A model generated the notes under the pieces. That model was not told the origin of the DNA. It made no database searches and was given only the letters and a program-made list of their open reading frames with translations. A program made the translations under genes and the position numbers. From Clostridia bacterium (GTDB lineage: Bacteria; Bacillota; Clostridia; Oscillospirales; Acutalibacteraceae): 64,000 nucleotides of DNA. Location of the stretch: NCBI GenBank assembly GCA_017428625.1, contig JAFRQM010000025.1, forward strand, positions 12,988 through 76,987, in the 5' to 3' direction. Shown here piece by piece: positions 58,469 through 64,000 of the stretch; within the stretch, counting starts at the first letter, position 1; each line of letters begins with the position of its first letter.

Positions 58469-58648
58469 TTATCTCCCAAATATATCTAAAACATTGCGGG
58501 TTATTAATACTGTCTCATCTGTGCAGCATTTAATCATTTCAGAAAATTCCGTGTTAATCACAAAAGCAAGGTCGCTGTGCACATAATTACTCACGCCGTC
58601 AATGATTGCGTTCGCAAAGGTTTTAAGCGCCTCTATAAAATCAGCCAT
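58469..58648 (-). CDS. Small hypothetical prophage protein
   Basis: AAAGGTGG RBS before MADFIEAL; fills the gap between lysin and HTH genes. Confidence 0.5.
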   Translation of the reverse strand: MADFIEALKTFANAIIDGVSNYVHSDLAFVINTEFSEMIKCCTDETVLITRNVLDIFGR

Positions 58649-58660
58649 AATATCCACCTT

Positions 58661-59269
58661 TCAATCAAGATATTTTGCGAAACACCATTTGTTTTCGCCT
58701 ATCCGTGCCCAGTTGCCTTTGTATTCAAGCGGCTTAACAAGCGTGCCTTTCGGCAGCTCATCAACAACAGGGTGGTTTGTGCCTGCGCCGCTCCGCACAT
58801 TAAGATTTGCCGTTGTGCATTTCAGGAGCGGACGGATAACACCGAGCACGCCTTTATAATTGTGCTTTATTTCGGCGCAGTAATACTTACCGCCCCAGTT
58901 TTGGTCGAGACTGTAAAAAGTTGAGCGGTTGCCCTTGCCGAGCGCAATGGCAGTGTGACCCGCAACGCCTGTAACGCCGTCATAAGTTCCCCATTCGACA
59001 ATATCACCTTTTTGTGGAACAAAATCGGGCGTATTCTTAATCTTGATGAATTTACCCTTTAATTGCGGGTAATCATCAAAGTTATACCACAAACCTTTTG
59101 CGTAACCGTGAGGGTTTTTGTTAGTAGTAAAAGAAAAGTTTTTTATGCCGTAGCATTTTTCGAGATAAAATTTAATCTCATCCACGCACTGGTAAGGCTG
59201 AGACGGCACACCGTCATAATCGAGCTTCTTGCCGTTTGCCCATTTTAGAAAGTCAGATTTTGTCATCAT
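58661..59269 (-). CDS. Endolysin: CHAP amidase/peptidase plus SH3b cell-wall binding domain
   Basis: YQCVD (Cys), GHTAIA (His), LDQNWG; LNVRSGAGT...GNWARIG. Confidence 0.9.
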   Translation of the reverse strand: MMTKSDFLKWANGKKLDYDGVPSQPYQCVDEIKFYLEKCYGIKNFSFTTNKNPHGYAKGLWYNFDDYPQLKGKFIKIKNTPDFVPQKGDIVEWGTYDGVTGVAGHTAIALGKGNRSTFYSLDQNWGGKYYCAEIKHNYKGVLGVIRPLLKCTTANLNVRSGAGTNHPVVDELPKGTLVKPLEYKGNWARIGENKWCFAKYLD

Positions 59270-59534
59270 CGGTACCGCCCTCCGAATAGGTAAAATAGCC
59301 GTCTTTATCTTTAACAATGGTAATTATATGCTTTGCCGCCTCCGCTGTTAAATCAACCGCTTTTGCGTCAATCACGCCCTCAATGATAATATATGTCACT
59401 GCCGGGAGCACTGCGCTTATGACGGCGCAGATTACGCCGATTTTACCGCCGAGAGCCGAAAGGCTAACCGCTACGCCTCCGATAGCGGAAAGAACAGCAA
59501 TTATAAATTTTCTGCTTTTAAGCTTCTTAACCAT
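59253..59534 (-). CDS. Holin-like protein
   Basis: KLKSRKFII N-terminus, two TM helices, directly upstream of the endolysin. Confidence 0.7.
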   Translation of the reverse strand: MVKKLKSRKFIIAVLSAIGGVAVSLSALGGKIGVICAVISAVLPAVTYIIIEGVIDAKAVDLTAEAAKHIITIVKDKDGYFTYSEGGTDDDKI

Positions 59535-59835
59535 AGTATTGACCTCCGTAATCGTCATAGTCATTGTCGCCTTTTTGTGTTATATCTGCCTTATCAACAG
59601 GCAGATTTTCTTGTTTTAAGCGTTCAATTAAATTTTGCGTTTCTTTACCTGAAATAACGCTTTTTGCAATTTTTATGCTCGCTGTTGCCGCAAACTCAAC
59701 GCCGAATGTGATGAAAAAGTATTGAGTTAAGGTATCGGGCAAATATATACCCTTAACGGCAAGCGCAACAGCCGTTATCGTATAGGCAATACAGATTGTA
59801 AATGCGGCTATAACCGCCCGTGACAGACTTTTCAT
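59527..59835 (-). CDS. Second holin-like membrane protein
   Basis: Two TM helices, charged C-terminus, within the lysis module. Confidence 0.5.
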   Translation of the reverse strand: MKSLSRAVIAAFTICIAYTITAVALAVKGIYLPDTLTQYFFITFGVEFAATASIKIAKSVISGKETQNLIERLKQENLPVDKADITQKGDNDYDDYGGQYYG

Positions 59836-60083
59836 CTTTGCAGAATATAGGCGATAATGCCGGTTGCCGCCGCTCCGATGAGTGCTGATATAAGTTTATC
59901 CCACAGGGTGGCGGGCTTCGCCTGCAACGCAACAACAGCGTCTTTGAGTTCGTTCAGGTTCGTTGATATGCCGTCAAGTTTTACATTTATGACCTCACGG
60001 AAAGTCACAAATTCGGATGTTGACATCTCAACCTTTTTAAGCCTTTGCTCGTGATCTTCAAGTCTGCGTTCGATTTCATCCAT
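59832..60083 (-). CDS. XhlA-like coiled-coil/TM lysis-module protein
   Basis: IERRLEDHEQRL coiled coil plus C-terminal TM helix. Confidence 0.55.
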   Translation of the reverse strand: MDEIERRLEDHEQRLKKVEMSTSEFVTFREVINVKLDGISTNLNELKDAVVALQAKPATLWDKLISALIGAAATGIIAYILQR

Positions 60084-60433
60084 TAGTCAGCCCTCCCGAA
60101 AAAGATTTTAATGCCGGCTGCATTATCAAAATTTGCAAATTCGCCGTCAACCGCAACGCCGAGATAATCTCCCCATTCGTCACTCCATTGCAAGCCGTTA
60201 AAGGTCACAGACTCGGTTACGGTATCGATGAGTCCTTTTGTATCGGCGATAAGAACACCCGCCACATACAGGCTCATCTTGTCAATGTCGTTTGGTAGAT
60301 TTAAGTCTTGCGGAATATGCAGTGCAACCTTGCCGTCCTGTTCTACTGGATAAGCGTCAACCGCTATAAAGTCAGCGAGTTTTGCTCTCTCCGTAATAAT
60401 AACTTTTTCGCCGTTAATATTAATGTTAATCAT
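60083..60433 (-). CDS. Hypothetical phage tail-region protein
   Basis: AGGAGG RBS; lies between tail and lysis genes. Confidence 0.55.
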   Translation of the reverse strand: MINININGEKVIITERAKLADFIAVDAYPVEQDGKVALHIPQDLNLPNDIDKMSLYVAGVLIADTKGLIDTVTESVTFNGLQWSDEWGDYLGVAVDGEFANFDNAAGIKIFFGRAD

Positions 60434-60443
60434 TTTCATCCTC

Positions 60444-61814
60444 CTATGATTCGGGCGTTGCTGTCTCAACGCCGCCAAGTTCTATGTAGTGAATGCGGAT
60501 TTTTTCGATGGTTGACAAAGTCGCACTCGTTAAGATAGTGTAGCCGAGAATAGTGTATTCGTCATCACCGTCATTAACAACAAACGGCAGATTACAGAGG
60601 ATAAAGGTATCGCCTTCCGCGTATAAAGACAGAGCGTTATTCCAGCCAGCGCCTGTTATATAGCCTTCTATCCCCGTGACACGGCAGTTGTGAAGCAGAC
60701 CGCCGCTTGACATCTGGTCGCCCATAAGCAGAACTTCTGTGCCGTTGCCGACAACATTATCCAAAATTGCGGATGTAACAAAATCAACATCGAGTTCAAG
60801 GACTTTTTCGGTGATACCGCCGCCTTCACCTGCAACCCATTGACCGCTTGAATTGACTTTAAGGACTTTATCTTCATCCGCACTTGTTACGGCAGGAAGT
60901 TTGTCGCCTTTATTGTCGTCAACATATTTCTTTGTTGCAAGCTCAGTATCATTTGTGGGCGTCCAGCTCGGACTTGCCTGAATATCATCCGCCTTAATTG
61001 TTATATCCGCGCTTGCCGCCGTTGAAACACCGTTTATGCTTTTAAGCGCATAATAATTGCTCGGAAGTCCGTAAGCCAAAATTACCTTGTTATTCTGTAC
61101 GCGATAAGTTCTTATGTATGTATCGCTGCCGTCAAGGTCAAAAACGATAAAATAAAACTCTGTGCCCGATGAGTTTTTACCTGTCGCTGCAACAGGCTCG
61201 CCTTGATAGGTGAATGTGTAGCCGTTTGCCTCCATTGTCACAAGCTGTTGAGCCGTATAATTTGAAATAGCTTCCGTTAATGCTATTTCGGCTATACTTA
61301 ATTCAATAGCATTCCATTCTATCCCGTTTGCGTTGACAGATAAGAATTTTCCAATATCCGCCGTTGAATATTCGGGAATATCATCAAGCAACGCCTTGTT
61401 CGGATGTGTATGCCTTGCCGCCGTATTTGCAACAACCTGATTAACAAACGGTGACAGTTCGGGGTCGCTCGCAACATCCGCTCCGTCAATAGACGGCAAA
61501 AACTTTCCGTACAGCACTTGCGATTTTGCGAGGATATTTCCGCCTTCGTCTGTTGCTTCAAGTTGAATTGTTATAAGCTTTGAGCCTGTTGCTTCCTGCC
61601 ATAGGTCACAAGTAATAGTAGTATCTTTTTCAATCGGCGCAGAACGGTATATATTGCCGTCAACGCCAAACGCCACAATATAGCTGACAATCGCTGCGTC
61701 CTCGGTCAATTCTTCGGGCGGAGTTATAATCAACCGCGTTTCGTTGTTCTCGCCTACATAGCCAAGCGGTTCATCAACCGTGCCCGCTTGAAAGTTTACT
61801 GTTTTTACTCTCAT
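60444..61814 (-). CDS. Phage baseplate/tail-fibre-like protein (BppU-like N-terminus)
   Basis: LGYVGENNET.L N-terminus; RHTHPNK.LLD, ATKKYVDD and LPAVT.ADE.KVLKVNSSGQW fibre linker motifs. Confidence 0.6.
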   Translation of the reverse strand: MRVKTVNFQAGTVDEPLGYVGENNETRLIITPPEELTEDAAIVSYIVAFGVDGNIYRSAPIEKDTTITCDLWQEATGSKLITIQLEATDEGGNILAKSQVLYGKFLPSIDGADVASDPELSPFVNQVVANTAARHTHPNKALLDDIPEYSTADIGKFLSVNANGIEWNAIELSIAEIALTEAISNYTAQQLVTMEANGYTFTYQGEPVAATGKNSSGTEFYFIVFDLDGSDTYIRTYRVQNNKVILAYGLPSNYYALKSINGVSTAASADITIKADDIQASPSWTPTNDTELATKKYVDDNKGDKLPAVTSADEDKVLKVNSSGQWVAGEGGGITEKVLELDVDFVTSAILDNVVGNGTEVLLMGDQMSSGGLLHNCRVTGIEGYITGAGWNNALSLYAEGDTFILCNLPFVVNDGDDEYTILGYTILTSATLSTIEKIRIHYIELGGVETATPES

Positions 61815-61938
61815 TTTCCGCCTCCTGTTCTTTTATAAGTTGTTCGCAAAACTGTATTGCGCCCTGTATAGCGTGATAATCGGCTTCCGCCTGTTTTGCA
61901 CGCCGCTGTAAATCGGCTAAATGTTTTTTTAAGTCCAT
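61774..61938 (-). CDS. 54-aa coiled-coil phage protein (not in ORF track)
   Basis: GAGGTG RBS; MDLKKHLADLQRRAKQAEADYHAIQGAIQFCEQLIKEQEAENE... Confidence 0.6.
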   Translation of the reverse strand: MDLKKHLADLQRRAKQAEADYHAIQGAIQFCEQLIKEQEAENESKNSKLSSGHG

Positions 61939-62006
61939 ATTACACCTCTGTAAATGTAATATACTTTACATTATTGTAGAAGTATATTAGGTTAATTTGT
62001 CAATAT

Positions 62007-63998
62007 TCAATCAAAATAAACAGATTTAGACAAAAAATCAATATAGCAATGAGTTCCGCTGTCTATATCTTCCATAATAAGCAGTCCGGCAGTATGAGTA
62101 ACATATAAACCGTCTGTAATCTGCCCCACATCAAAGGGAGGCAGATTTGTCATAATAATAGAAGGCGTAACCCAAATTAAACCATCATTGTCAACACCTA
62201 CCAATCCCATTTGATTATAGAGCATAGCATAATCATCGGTTATATCAACACCGTCTGAATAAGACTGACTGTATTGATTATTAACTTTAAAACGACCTGT
62301 TATTTCGGTTGTGCCTGATATATCAAGTTTTGTGGTTGCTCTCAAACGCAGATAATTACCTTGTATGTTCGTTATACTGCTCGGCAAATATATATCGCCC
62401 GTGAGGGTTGTATCGCCTGTTACAGATAAATTAGCGGTTGAGGTCTGTATTCCAAAAGTGCCGCCAATTTGAACATCGCCGACCGACTTTATGCCGCCAT
62501 ATTGACCGTTTACTTCCGAGAATACACCTCCGCTGTCTATGCCAACATTAAGTTCGTCTATATATAGCGCATTATAATAATGCTGCGTCTGTCCGCCGAT
62601 ATGAGTAATCATCTTATCGGCGTTAGCCCAATCAAGAATTGTATTTATATATTTTGTTGTCGAATTGTCATAAGCGAGCGTTATAGTTGACAAATGAGTT
62701 GAGTTGTTACCGTTTATGTCGCCAAAATTAATTTTCGCACCGTCTATTGTGTTTGTGCTTTTATTTCCTATACTATCAGCAAATATATTACCCGTAACGG
62801 TTATACCGTCTGCGTTTGTAACAATACTATTACCGTCAACGGCTATTGTTGCGGCATTCGGGTTTTCCGTCTCGGAATAATACAAAAGATTGCTTGTGCC
62901 GCCTCCGCCGCCTTCGTCAACAATATCCTCTGCTTTTTGTGCGGCAGAGTTCATTTCAAACTCAATATCGCTGTCCGATTTACCCTCGGAATATAACTGC
63001 TGATATAAGCCGCCGTCATAGCAGGTCACAACTTTTGTGCAAACCATATTATGGATTGTTCCGCTTGCGTCAGGCGCATTTAATCGCATACCGCTTATTA
63101 AGGTCGGGTCGCCTCTGAATTTAACAGAGCCGATTTCATATTCAGTACCTTTGTTCGCAGAACCGAGAGAATTTATTTTTGCCTGTGTCATATCGGGGCA
63201 GTTAATAGCCATTGTTGAAAAGCCGTTTGATGTTTTTTTGCCGTATGAGACAGTGCCGTTTGTGAAATACTGAAAACTCTTTTTGCCCTCTGCAACAAAC
63301 CCGTTATCGTAAACATCGCCCGTTGAAATCGCGGAATATGACCCCGATATAAGATTATCAAACTCGATAGCTCCGATGTTTGCGGATGAATTGTTGTTAC
63401 AGTAAGCCCGTTTGCCCGCCATTGCCGCCATTCTTCCGAGAAGCGTGCGCCCGGTCATAGCGGATGTTATTGATATTTCGCCCGAATACGGCAACGCGCC
63501 AATTGTAACTTTGCCTACATTGTCCGAGCACACCCAATCCATAGTTGCCGTGCCGCTCACATAAGCGTCATCAAGGTTGCTGTCAAGCATATTTGAGTAT
63601 GTGCGATATTTTTCAAGCCCCGTTTCGCTGTATAATTCACCCGCTCTTGTTCTGATTAAGTCATATCGAGCGTGCCGTATGCAGTATTGCGCTATCGTCT
63701 TGCAGTTTGTTATGGTGGCTTTTCCGCTCTCTATAAGCGCCTCTATGCTTGACGGGAGCGCAACAGATGATATTTTACCGCTTGCGTAATACATTGCGTC
63801 ATACGCCGTCACAGAGGCGGAATAACGCGTTGTGGAGCCGCAATCCACCGTCCATTTGGCGGTGTCAACAAAAAAGTACCAATATTTCGGCGCAACAGGA
63901 CCGGTCAACATAACGCCTATAATAGCGCCCGTTCCGAAACTCTTACTTGATAATCCGAACAATTCAAGGTTAAGCGCCTTACTGCCTGTTGAGCCGAA
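62007..63998 (-). CDS. Phage tail/minor structural protein (5' end beyond the window)
   Basis: Frame stays open to the edge (..FGSTGSKALNLELFG..); VTAYDAM, FRGDP.L..G tail-protein motifs, GGGGG linker, beta-rich C-terminus. Confidence 0.7.
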   Translation of the reverse strand, partial: FGSTGSKALNLELFGLSSKSFGTGAIIGVMLTGPVAPKYWYFFVDTAKWTVDCGSTTRYSASVTAYDAMYYASGKISSVALPSSIEALIESGKATITNCKTIAQYCIRHARYDLIRTRAGELYSETGLEKYRTYSNMLDSNLDDAYVSGTATMDWVCSDNVGKVTIGALPYSGEISITSAMTGRTLLGRMAAMAGKRAYCNNNSSANIGAIEFDNLISGSYSAISTGDVYDNGFVAEGKKSFQYFTNGTVSYGKKTSNGFSTMAINCPDMTQAKINSLGSANKGTEYEIGSVKFRGDPTLISGMRLNAPDASGTIHNMVCTKVVTCYDGGLYQQLYSEGKSDSDIEFEMNSAAQKAEDIVDEGGGGGTSNLLYYSETENPNAATIAVDGNSIVTNADGITVTGNIFADSIGNKSTNTIDGAKINFGDINGNNSTHLSTITLAYDNSTTKYINTILDWANADKMITHIGGQTQHYYNALYIDELNVGIDSGGVFSEVNGQYGGIKSVGDVQIGGTFGIQTSTANLSVTGDTTLTGDIYLPSSITNIQGNYLRLRATTKLDISGTTEITGRFKVNNQYSQSYSDGVDITDDYAMLYNQMGLVGVDNDGLIWVTPSIIMTNLPPFDVGQITDGLYVTHTAGLLIMEDIDSGTHCYIDFLSKSVYFD

Positions 63999-64000
63999 AG

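Larger units (their letters stand above)
55400..64000 (-). mobile_element. Prophage end (tail, lysis and accessory cassette); continues beyond the window; boundary approximate
   Basis: Co-oriented tail/baseplate, holin-like and CHAP-SH3 endolysin genes; arm-site-like repeats at 55488-55509; host regulatory repeats resume at 55361. Confidence 0.88.

Overview
Chromosomal window from a Clostridia/Oscillospirales-like gut or rumen anaerobe (inferred from gene content). About 1-55.3 kb is host DNA. It contains a long minus-strand housekeeping run (Zn-finger Clp ATPase, PgsA-like, CvpA, truA, ecfT/A2/A1, methyltransferase, ruvBAC, der), a glycoside-hydrolase cluster (GH5, unassigned GH-like, GH39-like), obgE/mrnC/yebC, ppdK, two two-component systems, trmL, pth, ctsR-mcsA-mcsB with CtsR boxes, nifJ (PFOR), a REP-like mosaic, a secreted Cys-nucleophile alpha/beta hydrolase and a GH89. 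From about 55.4 kb to the end is one end of a prophage on the minus strand: tail genes, lysis module, then a compact cassette next to the probable att site. No tRNA, rRNA, CRISPR array or integrase gene was seen. The best candidate for an undescribed system is the post-lysin cassette (55.5-58.65 kb). It encodes a small HTH protein, four 11-bp-phased repeats, a papain-fold Cys peptidase, two Q/N/Y-rich proteins, a Cys-rich membrane/coiled-coil protein with a leader-like N-terminus, a BclA-CTD-like protein and a Tyr-Ser-Arg repeat protein, which together look like a self-assembling coat or shell module. A second highlight is a pair of independently transcribed amphipathic microproteins at 31.2-31.7 kb, one missing from the ORF track. 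Start codons were re-picked by eye from ribosome-binding sites; all family calls are motif recognition without database searches.
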